The translations under genes and the position numbers were made by a program. From assembly GCA_026397915.1 (NCBI GenBank), contig JAPLTX010000060.1:110210-174209 (forward strand): DNA of 64,000 bases, in the 5' to 3' direction. Positions within the stretch are counted from its first letter, which is position 1. Each line of letters starts with the position of its first letter. The stretch is from Verrucomicrobiota bacterium (lineage in GTDB: Bacteria > Verrucomicrobiota > Verrucomicrobiia > CAIQCK01). Under the pieces are notes generated by a model. It made no database searches and was not told the DNA's origin. It was given only the letters and a program-made list of their open reading frames with translations. This document shows positions 55,236-64,000 of the stretch, piece by piece.

Positions 55236-56906
55236 TTATTTCTGCGGCGGCGTGGTGTCGTGGTCGTGATCGCCGGCTTTGTGGGTGTGGTCGGGCTTGC
55301 CGGTCTTGAAGTAGTTTTCCGTCGGGCCGGGGCCGAGTATCGCGGGATCCATCCGGAATTTCTTGATCATCTCGGTGGGTTTGTCCGCCGAGGTGGCCGG
55401 CGCGTCGGTCTTACTGCGAAAGACGTCGCCCAACCGCGCCTTGCCGCGAAACTCATTCGCGGCGACACGGCACGCGCTTTCCTTGGCGAGGAAGATGTGC
55501 GCGCCGCCAGAGCCGGCGTTGTCTTCCAAAATGTTCGCTGCAACGCTCGCGCGACATTCCTTGCCCGCGATGAGGATGCCGTGGTGGGCGCTGCCATTGA
55601 TCGTGTTGCGCGTGACGGTGACGCGCGAGTTGTTCAGCATCATGCCGACAGCACCGGCGCGCGTGATGTGGTTGTTGTCGAGCGTGGCAACCGAATCGTC
55701 CACACGGATGCCGGTCTTCTGCGGGCCGGCGATCTGGTTGCCAGAGATGGTGGCGGTGGCGCTGATGACGGCGATGCTGGCGAACGGGCCAGGCTCGATG
55801 CTGTTGCCGATGACAGTGGCGGTGGAACCGTCCACGACAGCGATGCCGGGCATGCCGTCGCCGTTGGGGCCGACCGCGTTCTCGATGATGGTCGCCTCGG
55901 AGCCGATGTTAATTCCGATGCCGGGGCCGCGATTACCGCGAACGGTATTCTTGCGGATGACAGCGGTCGCGGCACGATGGCCGCCAATGCCGATGCCGGG
56001 CATCTGGTTGCCGCGCACGTCGTTTTCCTCGATCAGCGCGAACGCGCCGTTGTCCACGCTGATGCCGCAGAGCGCGTTGCCGCTGACCTTGTTCTTGCGG
56101 ACGATGGCGCGCGCGCCGTCCTTGATGCCGATGCCGGGCCAGAGGCTCCGCGGGTCCTTGTCGAACTTCTTGCACTCGACGGGGTCGAGCGATTTGTAAC
56201 CGCGGCCGTTGTCGAAGACGATATTGCCTTCGATGAGCGGGGCGGCCTCATTACGTGCGCCGATGCCGGCCTCATGGTTCTCAAAGACGACGTTGGCGAT
56301 GATGACGGTCTGCGAACGGTGATTGTTGCCGATGCCGATGCCTTTGTTGCGGAAGACGAAGTTATTGGCCACGTAGGGCGCGGCGACGCGGCCCTCGGTG
56401 GCGCCCTTTAGCGCATGCTGGCCGATGCCGGTGCTGCCGTTGTCGCGGATGATGTTGTTGATGATGGTAGCTGAGCAATTGCGGCATTCGACGGCGTGCG
56501 CGTGGCCCGGCAGGTGGTGGTTGACGTGTCCCAGCCCGGTGACGGTGAACCCGTCGAGCGTTGCGCCCTCGGCCCCCGCGACCACGGCGCCTTTCGTCGA
56601 GCTTTGCACGTCAATGACCGTCTGCTCCGCGCGTTTCAACGGCCGTCGACCGCCATACTCCTGCGCGCCGGGAGAATCATCGCCTTCGCTGCGCAGGCAG
56701 ACGCCTTCCTTGAGTTGGATGTGGTCGTGGTAACTGCCGGCGCTGACCAGAACCGTGTCGCCGGCTTGTGCATGGTCGAGCGCGACTTGGATGGATGGAT
56801 GGTCAGCCGGCACGCGCAAGGTGCGACTGGGTGTGCTGTCGGTGCCGCTGGCAAACAGGCAGGAACAAAGCCAGACGGTTTGGAATGTAATTGCGTGTCG
56901 AGTCAT
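55236..56906 (-). CDS. Exported right-handed beta-helix (NosD/pectate-lyase-like) protein with His-rich tail
   Basis: LRVPADHPSIQVALD.A..GDTV.V..G.Y, many IxNNxIxxN repeats, C-terminal DHTHKAGDHDHD. Confidence 0.85.
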   Translation of the reverse strand: MTRHAITFQTVWLCSCLFASGTDSTPSRTLRVPADHPSIQVALDHAQAGDTVLVSAGSYHDHIQLKEGVCLRSEGDDSPGAQEYGGRRPLKRAEQTVIDVQSSTKGAVVAGAEGATLDGFTVTGLGHVNHHLPGHAHAVECRNCSATIINNIIRDNGSTGIGQHALKGATEGRVAAPYVANNFVFRNKGIGIGNNHRSQTVIIANVVFENHEAGIGARNEAAPLIEGNIVFDNGRGYKSLDPVECKKFDKDPRSLWPGIGIKDGARAIVRKNKVSGNALCGISVDNGAFALIEENDVRGNQMPGIGIGGHRAATAVIRKNTVRGNRGPGIGINIGSEATIIENAVGPNGDGMPGIAVVDGSTATVIGNSIEPGPFASIAVISATATISGNQIAGPQKTGIRVDDSVATLDNNHITRAGAVGMMLNNSRVTVTRNTINGSAHHGILIAGKECRASVAANILEDNAGSGGAHIFLAKESACRVAANEFRGKARLGDVFRSKTDAPATSADKPTEMIKKFRMDPAILGPGPTENYFKTGKPDHTHKAGDHDHDTTPPQK

Positions 56907-56930
56907 GTTCGTTTCCTTCAGTTCTGCGTT

Positions 56931-57023
56931 TCAGTCCATAGCTTTTAACACCGCCTCGGCGATTTTGTGCCGCAGTGATTCCAGTTTCATCCAGTCGGTC
57001 CGGTTGAGTTCGCGCGAAGTGGA
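56931..57023 (-). pseudogene. Stranded 3' end of a DUF4091-type gene
   Basis: Reads STSRELNRTDWMKLESLRHKIAEAVLKAMD*, similar to YWTDPMKLESLRHRMYEAVERIADN* at the end of 58596-60314; the DNA core is 26/31 identical. Confidence 0.78.
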
Positions 57024-57026
57024 CTA

Positions 57027-58571
57027 TTATCTTTCGGACGTTCTTCCGGACGTTGGTGCTTGCCGTGGCTGTCCCAAGCAGAACAATGCGCGCTCGGTGC
57101 GCAGGTAGAGTGTTCCACCGACGATCGCGGGCGTGGCCAGACAACGCTCGCCGAACGAGCTTTGGGTCAAGACCTTCAGCGCGGGGCCTGCGGCCAGCAC
57201 GGTGACTCGGCCCTTTTCGCTGACGAGATACAGCTTCCCATCGCCCGCGACCGGAGAGGCGTAGTAGTTGCCGGTGGCGGCGAGACGTTGCCGATTGAGC
57301 AGCTTGCCGGTGGCGGGATCGAAGCAGGAGAGGATGCCGCCTTCTTTGATCACATAGAGGTGGTCTTCGTAAAGCAGCGGCGACGGCACATACGGGGCAG
57401 CGCGCGGTTCGCGCCACGCGACGTGGGTTGCGGTCGCGTCGCCTTGGCCGCCGGGACGGATGGCCATCAGCACGTTGCCGGTCTGTGTTGCCGCGGCCGG
57501 AGGAGACTCAGCGTGTGCTTGTGGTTGCTGTTGCTGCCGGTAGAAGTCCGCGTCCAGTTCCTCTCGAGTCAGAAATCCGTCGTGGTTCATGTCAATGCGG
57601 TCGAAGGCTTTCGGGTTCATCCGGGGAATTTCCTCGCGGCTGACCTTGCCGTCGCGGTTGCCGTCGTGGTTGGCGAACAGCATGTCCCAGTTGGGTTTCT
57701 GCCGCGGTTTCTCCGAGCTGCTGAAATCGCTGACGGCAACCGACCAGTCCACGCCGGCGGCAAACAACAACTGCGGCGAGGCGACGGGGGTGGTGGCGAC
57801 AAAGGACTTCGGTTGTTCGGCGTGCCAGAGTTCCTTGCCGGTGTCCGCGTCGTAGGCGCTGACCCGGCCCGAACCGGCGACGACGAGTTGCGTTTGGCCG
57901 CCGATGTCCCAGAGGATGGGCGTGGCGTATCCAGCGGCCGCGTTCGGACGAGACGTTTTCCATTTCTCCTCCCCCGTCCGCTTGTCCAACGCCAACAGGA
58001 ACGATTCGCCATCGTGATCGCAGTTCTGAATCACCGAGTCACCATGCACAATCGGCGAACTGGCCGCACCCCAGCCGAGGTTATACTTGAAAGGGCCGAG
58101 CGCGTGTTTCCAAACCACCTGCCCTTGGAAATCGAAACAGACCACGCCGACAGAACCGAAGAAGACATAAACCCGCTCGCCATCGGCGGCCGGCGTCGCG
58201 GATGCCGGGCTGCCGGCCGACGGATGGACGTTCTCGATGCGCTCGGCAGGCACTTCGCGCTCCCATCGAATCCGTCCGTCGTCGCGGCCGACGCAGAGCA
58301 CGACGAGCCGTTGCTTGTCCGTGAACGCCGTCAGAAAAATATTGTCGCCCCAGACGCACGGTGAGGAGTTGCCCGGAGGCACCGGCGTCTTCCACACCAC
58401 ATTGGTTGCCGGGCCAAACTCCACCGGCAAGTCGCGATCAGACGACACACCGGCCGCGTTCGGTCCTCGGAACTGTGGCCAGTGGGGCGACGACGCTGTT
58501 TCGGCGCCGGCGGTCGCCACAGCCGCGGCGAGCAGTCCGCCCACCATCAACAGATTGAGAACGTTCTTCAT
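57027..58571 (-). CDS. Exported PQQ-like (BamB-like) beta-propeller with EF-hand pair insertion
   Basis: WPQFRGPN, VVWKTPVPPGNSSP, ASSPI, YATP, YVPSP, YYASPV; EF-hands DGNRDGKVSREE and DMNHDGFLTREE. Confidence 0.88.
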   Translation of the reverse strand: MKNVLNLLMVGGLLAAAVATAGAETASSPHWPQFRGPNAAGVSSDRDLPVEFGPATNVVWKTPVPPGNSSPCVWGDNIFLTAFTDKQRLVVLCVGRDDGRIRWEREVPAERIENVHPSAGSPASATPAADGERVYVFFGSVGVVCFDFQGQVVWKHALGPFKYNLGWGAASSPIVHGDSVIQNCDHDGESFLLALDKRTGEEKWKTSRPNAAAGYATPILWDIGGQTQLVVAGSGRVSAYDADTGKELWHAEQPKSFVATTPVASPQLLFAAGVDWSVAVSDFSSSEKPRQKPNWDMLFANHDGNRDGKVSREEIPRMNPKAFDRIDMNHDGFLTREELDADFYRQQQQPQAHAESPPAAATQTGNVLMAIRPGGQGDATATHVAWREPRAAPYVPSPLLYEDHLYVIKEGGILSCFDPATGKLLNRQRLAATGNYYASPVAGDGKLYLVSEKGRVTVLAAGPALKVLTQSSFGERCLATPAIVGGTLYLRTERALFCLGQPRQAPTSGRTSER

Positions 58572-58595
58572 CGTTGCGGCTCCTACTCCATCCTG

Positions 58596-60314
58596 TCAGT
58601 TGTCGGCGATTCTCTCCACCGCTTCATACATGCGATGGCGCAGCGACTCCAGCTTCATCGGGTCGGTCCAGTAAGGCTCAGTGGAGAGGTCGCGCACGCC
58701 GGGCCAGGTCGGGCAAACGGCATCAGCTTCGGCGAGCAGTCGCTTCAGTTCCGCGTTGCCGGGATGCTTCTTTGCGAGCGACGTGGCCAGTTCCAGCAGA
58801 CGATGATCTTCCAAACTGTCGCGCCAGACTTCCCAGCGGATCGAATCAATCGGGCCTTGCTCGTCCTCGTCGCGCGGTGGGTAGAGCAGCACGCCGCCGC
58901 CGTTCCACGGGCCGTAGAGCGTGTCTTCCCACGGGTTCTGGCCGGTCATCGCCCACGCGGTCAGGTCCCACCACGCGCCCGTGCCGGTCACGCGGTGCTT
59001 CCAGAGCGCCCACGCAAAGGTGCGGACCCGCATCAGTGAGTAGTCAATCAGCGGGATGCTGTTGTGATAGACCCAGATTTCCGAGCCGGCCTGCCGCGCC
59101 GCTTCGATGTGCGCACCGTAGGGTGGTCCCCACAGATCGGTGTGGGCACTCCAAATGTCGGTGAGCGGTATCAGCGCAGGGACAGGTGATCGGGTGTTCA
59201 GAATCCGCAGCGAGGGCGCATTTTCCTTGATGAGCTTGCTGACCCGCGCGATCCAGTCAACGGTGCGTTGGTCTTCCAGCAACGGCTCGTCAATGAACCG
59301 GACGAACGAGTGGTCCAGGATGCCGAGTTGCCGGTAGTGCTCGACGGATTGGCGAATCAGATTGCTCAACGTTTCGCGAAACTTCGGGTCGAAGTCGGTG
59401 CCGGCTTCGTTGGCGATGCGCAGCGCGCGTGGCGAATCGCGGGGCAGGATCGGCACGCCCTGCATCTCCCACATCGCATTCGCCGGCCAGCGGTGGCGCT
59501 CGTGTTTGACCCAGCCCAACGGCATGATGAAGTGGCGCACGCCGGCCGATTTCAGGAACGCGATCTGGTCGTCGTGTTCTTTCCAACCTTGACCGGGCCG
59601 AGGCACGTGCGCGCCGAGCGTGTTGACGCCGTGGTCGGTCATGTTGCGGATGTAGTCGTTCGGCGAGCGGGACCGCGAGCCGGCGCGGGCTGAGGCCATC
59701 ACCTTCAACGCCGTCGGTGGCAACTCGAAGCGCCACACGTGCAAAGCCAGCGGCACCGCGCACAATGTCGCGCCGTTGGCTGTGAACGTGACCCGCGCGC
59801 GATAATCGCCCGGCTTGGCCGAGACGGGGACACGCACCGTGATCCAGACCGGCTGATTCTGATTGGCGGCGATGGATGCCGGAGCGCGCAGCGGCAGCGG
59901 ATCGGGAAACAATCCCGTTCCGCCTTTGGGTCCCGACGCTTGCTTCAGCGGCACGTAAGCCACCCAGCGGACTGTCGCGATGCTTGCGGGCAACTTCATA
60001 GGCCCTTCGAAATCGCTGACGGTTGCCGCGAGGCCCGACATTGCTTGCTTGGGCCGTAACACGATTTGCACCGCTTCAGTTTCGCTGCGCGCCGCGAAGA
60101 GCGTTGCAGCCTGTGATCTCCCGGCCGGCACGGCATCGTTCGGGAACACTTTCACGCAGGCATGGCAACACCAAACCGCCACCTGATTGTTCTCGATGAG
60201 AGTTGCCTGCGCCGGAGGCGGCCCTGCGAAACCATCCGCGCCCAGCGAGATGAGGCAGGCTATCTGTGCTGCACACATGAGATACCATCTCACACTTGTG
60301 TTCATGCCCTTCAT
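58596..60314 (-). CDS. Exported DUF4091 / GH123-like glycoside hydrolase
   Basis: AARSETEAVQIV, FPDPL, NQPVWITV.VP..A.PG.Y, FIDEP, WVYH, G.G.LLYP..PIDSIRWEVWRDSLED. TGATG overlap with the upstream gene. Confidence 0.8.
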   Translation of the reverse strand: MKGMNTSVRWYLMCAAQIACLISLGADGFAGPPPAQATLIENNQVAVWCCHACVKVFPNDAVPAGRSQAATLFAARSETEAVQIVLRPKQAMSGLAATVSDFEGPMKLPASIATVRWVAYVPLKQASGPKGGTGLFPDPLPLRAPASIAANQNQPVWITVRVPVSAKPGDYRARVTFTANGATLCAVPLALHVWRFELPPTALKVMASARAGSRSRSPNDYIRNMTDHGVNTLGAHVPRPGQGWKEHDDQIAFLKSAGVRHFIMPLGWVKHERHRWPANAMWEMQGVPILPRDSPRALRIANEAGTDFDPKFRETLSNLIRQSVEHYRQLGILDHSFVRFIDEPLLEDQRTVDWIARVSKLIKENAPSLRILNTRSPVPALIPLTDIWSAHTDLWGPPYGAHIEAARQAGSEIWVYHNSIPLIDYSLMRVRTFAWALWKHRVTGTGAWWDLTAWAMTGQNPWEDTLYGPWNGGGVLLYPPRDEDEQGPIDSIRWEVWRDSLEDHRLLELATSLAKKHPGNAELKRLLAEADAVCPTWPGVRDLSTEPYWTDPMKLESLRHRMYEAVERIADN

Positions 60315-63172
60315 CACTCCTGCTCCAGCAAAACGACTTCGGTTGGGGCCAGATCGAATCTTCTGAGATTGGGCGAAGCCAGCCTTGTTATTCCGCTCAC
60401 GGTCACCCGGCGCAGAGTTTGGGCGGTGGCAAGTTCGGAAAACCACGGCGGCAACGGCGGCTGCGCGACGCACGTCTGGCTTTGGTCGGTGTGATTGACC
60501 AGCACCCAGCCGATCTTGCCGTCGGGCGCGCGATACGCCTGTTGGATGATGGCCGGCGCCTGCACGTCATTCTGTTTCCACTGGCCCCTGGCCGCGTCCC
60601 GGAGTCCGATCTTCAACGTTACCCACGGCTCGACACGGATGGGTCTGAGCATCTGGCCGAGGAGCAGGTGTTTTTGCGCGAAGGTTTCTCTAGCCTTTGT
60701 GCCTGCGATGAAGACTTTCATCCAGGGACTTTCGAGGATGCTCCGGAAGGTCAACCACGGTGTTGTCTGCGGTCCGGCACACACGCCCAGTGCCATGCTG
60801 GCCGCCGCCTGATACGCCACAGGGCCATGTGCCCAGAAGAAACCCGTCTCGATCATCCGATCGTGATAGACAAATGAGAACATGCCCGGCAACGGAGTCA
60901 TCCGCCTGTCCGCGAATCGGTCGAGGGCGCGGGTGGTGCCGTCTCGCATCAGTTCCTGTTCGCACCGCGTATAAACCGCGACGTAGGAATGCAGCCGCAG
61001 CTCGTTGAAATACTCTTCAAAGAAGCCAAAGCCCGATTCTCGCGAGCCGGGGATGGCGTCTCGAACTCGGTCGTAGTAATCCCTCGCCATCCCCGTCTGC
61101 CAGTGGCCGTGGCCTTGGGCGTGCGAGTGCTTCGAGTTCCAACATGGCTGCGTGATCAAATAGCCGCCGCCGTCGAACTGGACATCGTCGAAGCCCGCTT
61201 CCTTCATGCGGCTGAGCGTCCAGACCACGTCGTTGAAGATCGCAGGAACGGTCGGGCAGGCGTAGTTGCAGCGATATGCCGGCGGGCCGACCCATGGCGC
61301 TTCGCCTTTTTCGTTCCTCACCACCGCGTCCTCCAGGACGATCCCGCGCGCCTTGATCGCCCGCAGTCCTTCCTCGCCGAAGCCGCCGTGATCTTCTTTC
61401 GGCCTGTGGATGCTCAGCTCGTTGAACATCACGTCGGTGGTCACGTGAAGGCCGGCTTTGCGGATGGCCCCGATGGCCTGACGAAGCACCGCTTCGCCCT
61501 GTCGCGGCGGCCACCAGTCGGGATTCATCCACAGGCCCCATTTCTCCCAGCCGCGCAGGTCCACCACCCCGCCCAACTCGGTGATCTCCTTGGGCAGCGC
61601 GTCCATGACAGCGGGCACTTCGGCCAGTTGAAACCGTCCTTGGTGCATCTTCTGGTGCTCCGCGATTTCGGCGGCGCTCATTTCCTTGGGCGGTTTCTTA
61701 AAAGTGTTCGGGCCGGACTCGGGTAGATAGATGAAGTAGTGCGGCACGCCGCGCAGACGCCATGAGCCGATGTCCTTGCGCTGACTGAGCGGCTTTGGAA
61801 ACCACGCCTGTTTGCTCGCCCAGTCGCGATAGACTTCCGCCGCCTCATACGGACTGTCCTGAATCGGGCCGAGCCGGGCCGTGTATCGTGGCGGTGCATC
61901 GCCCGCCGCCATCTGGACGCTGTAGCGCCAGGCAATCGAGTTCGGCATGTTCCCGGAGGCGTCGAGATACGGCGCCATCTCCACCTTCTTCACCCACTGG
62001 TCAGGGTCCAGAACCATGAGATATGCGCCGCCGCGCGGCCCGTATTGATAGAGCACGGGAACGCGAGGATTCATCGGATACATGCCGTTTTGAAAATGCC
62101 AGCCCGTGCCGAGCGAAACAGGCTTTTCGCCACCGACGAATGTGTCTTTCGGCTCGTCGCTCAGCAGACCGCGCGTGACCATCTGCGGAAAGACGATTTC
62201 GCTGATTGTCCATCCCGGCATCGGCTGTCCCGGCTCCAACCGCATGTCCACGAAGCCGCCCTCATCCAGCGCCACGTGGACCGAAACCTTGGCGATCGCG
62301 CCCGCGTGAGCAGCTTCGATCACGCACGAACGGCCTTGCTCGCCGGGCCGCGTTTTCACCGAAACAGACTGCGCGTCCAGCGAAAGGATTTCCTCGCTGC
62401 GTCCGTCGGGGCCGCGGACCCTGATCTGATACAGTGGCGTTTCGGGCCGCAAGCCGGGCGAAAGCTGCAAGGCCGGCCGCTTCTTGAACTCGACGGAGCG
62501 TATGCGCAGACGCGGCTCGGCGAACGCGATCTTGACCGCGCCGTTCTCCAGCGTGATGAGCCGGCTGTTCTGAATCGCCGTCTCCAGTTCCTTCGCCGAC
62601 AACCTCGGCCTGCCGGTTTTTTTCTCAACCAACACAACATCGTCGAGCCAGACGTTGCCCTTCATCGGCTGCTTGTCACCAAGCCGGCCGATGTGGCGCG
62701 GGCCAATGCGGATCGCCGCGGTCGTGAGGCTGGTCCGAAACGGCACCTCAACCTTCGTCCAATCGGTTTGCCCGCTCAGGGGCGCCGAGCCTTTCGAGAG
62801 CATCTTCCAACCCCGATCATCCTGAACTTCGAGGTGAATCGCATTGCTCGCCAGCGCCGTCTTGATGCAGGCAGAAAGCAAATACTCGGTGTCGGCGAAG
62901 ACCGCCACGGTCTGCGTCGGCGTGTAGAACTGGGCGTTCTGATCGAAGTTGAGCGTCAGCCTGACCGAGCCGTTGCCTGAATGCCGCACCTGCCGATCAA
63001 CGCTGACATCCACTTTCCGGTCTCCCTCACCCTTGCGCGGACCCTGGACCGTCCAAGCTCGAAGCCCTTCCTCGAATCCCGGATTCTTGATGAGATTGTC
63101 TTCGGCGAAACCACAGCGGAACGCGCTGAGCTGAACAATCAAGAGCACGACATTGGTTTTGCTCAGGCGCAT
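60314..63172 (-). CDS. Exported protein: CBM4/9-like module + DUF6259-like barrel (putative glycoside hydrolase)
   Basis: Signal peptide, NLIKNPGFEEG..W, WLDDV; later AAEVYRDWA..W, WEK..PDWWP, DVQFDGG, C.NSKHSHA.G.G.W. Confidence 0.72.
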   Translation of the reverse strand: MRLSKTNVVLLIVQLSAFRCGFAEDNLIKNPGFEEGLRAWTVQGPRKGEGDRKVDVSVDRQVRHSGNGSVRLTLNFDQNAQFYTPTQTVAVFADTEYLLSACIKTALASNAIHLEVQDDRGWKMLSKGSAPLSGQTDWTKVEVPFRTSLTTAAIRIGPRHIGRLGDKQPMKGNVWLDDVVLVEKKTGRPRLSAKELETAIQNSRLITLENGAVKIAFAEPRLRIRSVEFKKRPALQLSPGLRPETPLYQIRVRGPDGRSEEILSLDAQSVSVKTRPGEQGRSCVIEAAHAGAIAKVSVHVALDEGGFVDMRLEPGQPMPGWTISEIVFPQMVTRGLLSDEPKDTFVGGEKPVSLGTGWHFQNGMYPMNPRVPVLYQYGPRGGAYLMVLDPDQWVKKVEMAPYLDASGNMPNSIAWRYSVQMAAGDAPPRYTARLGPIQDSPYEAAEVYRDWASKQAWFPKPLSQRKDIGSWRLRGVPHYFIYLPESGPNTFKKPPKEMSAAEIAEHQKMHQGRFQLAEVPAVMDALPKEITELGGVVDLRGWEKWGLWMNPDWWPPRQGEAVLRQAIGAIRKAGLHVTTDVMFNELSIHRPKEDHGGFGEEGLRAIKARGIVLEDAVVRNEKGEAPWVGPPAYRCNYACPTVPAIFNDVVWTLSRMKEAGFDDVQFDGGGYLITQPCWNSKHSHAQGHGHWQTGMARDYYDRVRDAIPGSRESGFGFFEEYFNELRLHSYVAVYTRCEQELMRDGTTRALDRFADRRMTPLPGMFSFVYHDRMIETGFFWAHGPVAYQAAASMALGVCAGPQTTPWLTFRSILESPWMKVFIAGTKARETFAQKHLLLGQMLRPIRVEPWVTLKIGLRDAARGQWKQNDVQAPAIIQQAYRAPDGKIGWVLVNHTDQSQTCVAQPPLPPWFSELATAQTLRRVTVSGITRLASPNLRRFDLAPTEVVLLEQE

Positions 63173-63188
63173 ACAGGAGTCCTCCGGC

Positions 63189-64000
63189 TCATCGAGTGGC
63201 TTCCGCAATGACCGATTTCAGATATTCGCAGGCCAGACGGGCGTTCTTGTCGGCGAAGTCGCGGCCGACGGTCTGACCCTCGACGACTGGCAGCGGATGG
63301 CAGAGTTCGTAGCCGAAATAGCCGTTGAAGCCGATCTCGCGCATGGCGCGGATGAAGGCGGGCATGTTCTGCTGGCCCTTGTGCACAAAGGCGCGGCCGT
63401 TGGCGTTGCGTTCATATTCGCCGCCGAAGTGCGACAGGACTTGCAGGCTGCGAACACCCAGAGCGGCTTGGCGCGTCGCTGCGTCGCTCTTGTCCTTCAA
63501 CAAAGGAGCATCGAGGCATGCCTTCAAGTGAGGCGAAGCCACTTCGCGAATCATCCGCAGGATGTCGGGATGGTCTTCGATGACGGGGCCGTGGTTCTGG
63601 AGCGCGAGGGTGACGCCGTGGTCGCCGGCGATGCGCGCCGACTCGACGAGTGCTGCCCGGCACCAGGACCACGTTTCCTCGGCCGGGAAATCCTTGTGCG
63701 TTTCCTGCCAGATGCGCTTGGCGATGTCGTAGCGGCCGAGTTGCGGATGCCGCGTCACGCCCGGCCAGGCCAGAAACACGCGCAGCAACTTCGCGCCCAG
63801 ATCAGCGGTCATGCGGATGAGGTCGCGCATATAGACGATCTGGCACTCGCGGTTTTCGGGCACCGGGTTGCTGAAATCATTGTTGGCGGCGACGGCGTAG
63901 ATTTCGACGCCTTGATCGTCGGCAAAACGGCGAAGCTCGTTGCACCGCTTCGTCGGCATGTCCAGCGGATTGCCGTGCGGGCGTTTGCCGTCAATCTCCA
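63189..64000 (-). CDS. Sugar phosphate isomerase/epimerase (xylose isomerase-like TIM barrel), 5' end outside the window
   Basis: Frame is open to the window edge (EIDGKRPHGNPLDMP..). A.DLGAKLLRVF, LALQNH, ACLD, GFNGYFGYELC. Confidence 0.88.
   Translation of the reverse strand, partial: EIDGKRPHGNPLDMPTKRCNELRRFADDQGVEIYAVAANNDFSNPVPENRECQIVYMRDLIRMTADLGAKLLRVFLAWPGVTRHPQLGRYDIAKRIWQETHKDFPAEETWSWCRAALVESARIAGDHGVTLALQNHGPVIEDHPDILRMIREVASPHLKACLDAPLLKDKSDAATRQAALGVRSLQVLSHFGGEYERNANGRAFVHKGQQNMPAFIRAMREIGFNGYFGYELCHPLPVVEGQTVGRDFADKNARLACEYLKSVIAEATR

Overview
High-GC bacterial window. Gene content (DUF1501, Tat-exported Gfo/Idh/MocA, giant PQQ-like propeller/malectin proteins, many secreted CAZymes, no SusC/D) suggests a PVC-group organism such as Verrucomicrobiota; this is inference. 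Layout: (i) 1-15.3 kb, an ABC-transporter (Wzm/Wzt) surface-polysaccharide locus with 5 glycosyltransferases, 4 SAM methyltransferases, 2 nucleotide-sugar epimerases and an SxtJ-like/carbamoyltransferase/SxtK-like triad. (ii) 15.5-29.6 kb, a GT-C-type membrane protein, an O-antigen ligase-like gene, a RidA-fold chorismatase-like gene, a clan GH-A hydrolase, tRNA-Ser(GCT), a divergent STT3/DPY19-like protein, DUF1501, Fe-SOD and an exported methyltransferase. (iii) 29.9-41.1 kb, two paralogous giant propeller-methyltransferase-like-Cys-motif-malectin proteins around a small defence-type islet (FN3 protein, HNH nuclease, two orphans, truncated vsr, hicBA). (iv) 41.4-64 kb, glycan-degradation genes interrupted by a non-pyrrolysine MttB-family gene and hom. 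Strongest sequence-level observations: both giant paralogues carry a different palindromic repeat in frame at the same linker; two cassette-insertion scars with duplicated gene ends; an identical promoter-like motif before two genes; a C-box-like operator with no intact controller gene. All family names come from motif recognition by eye; no database searches were run.
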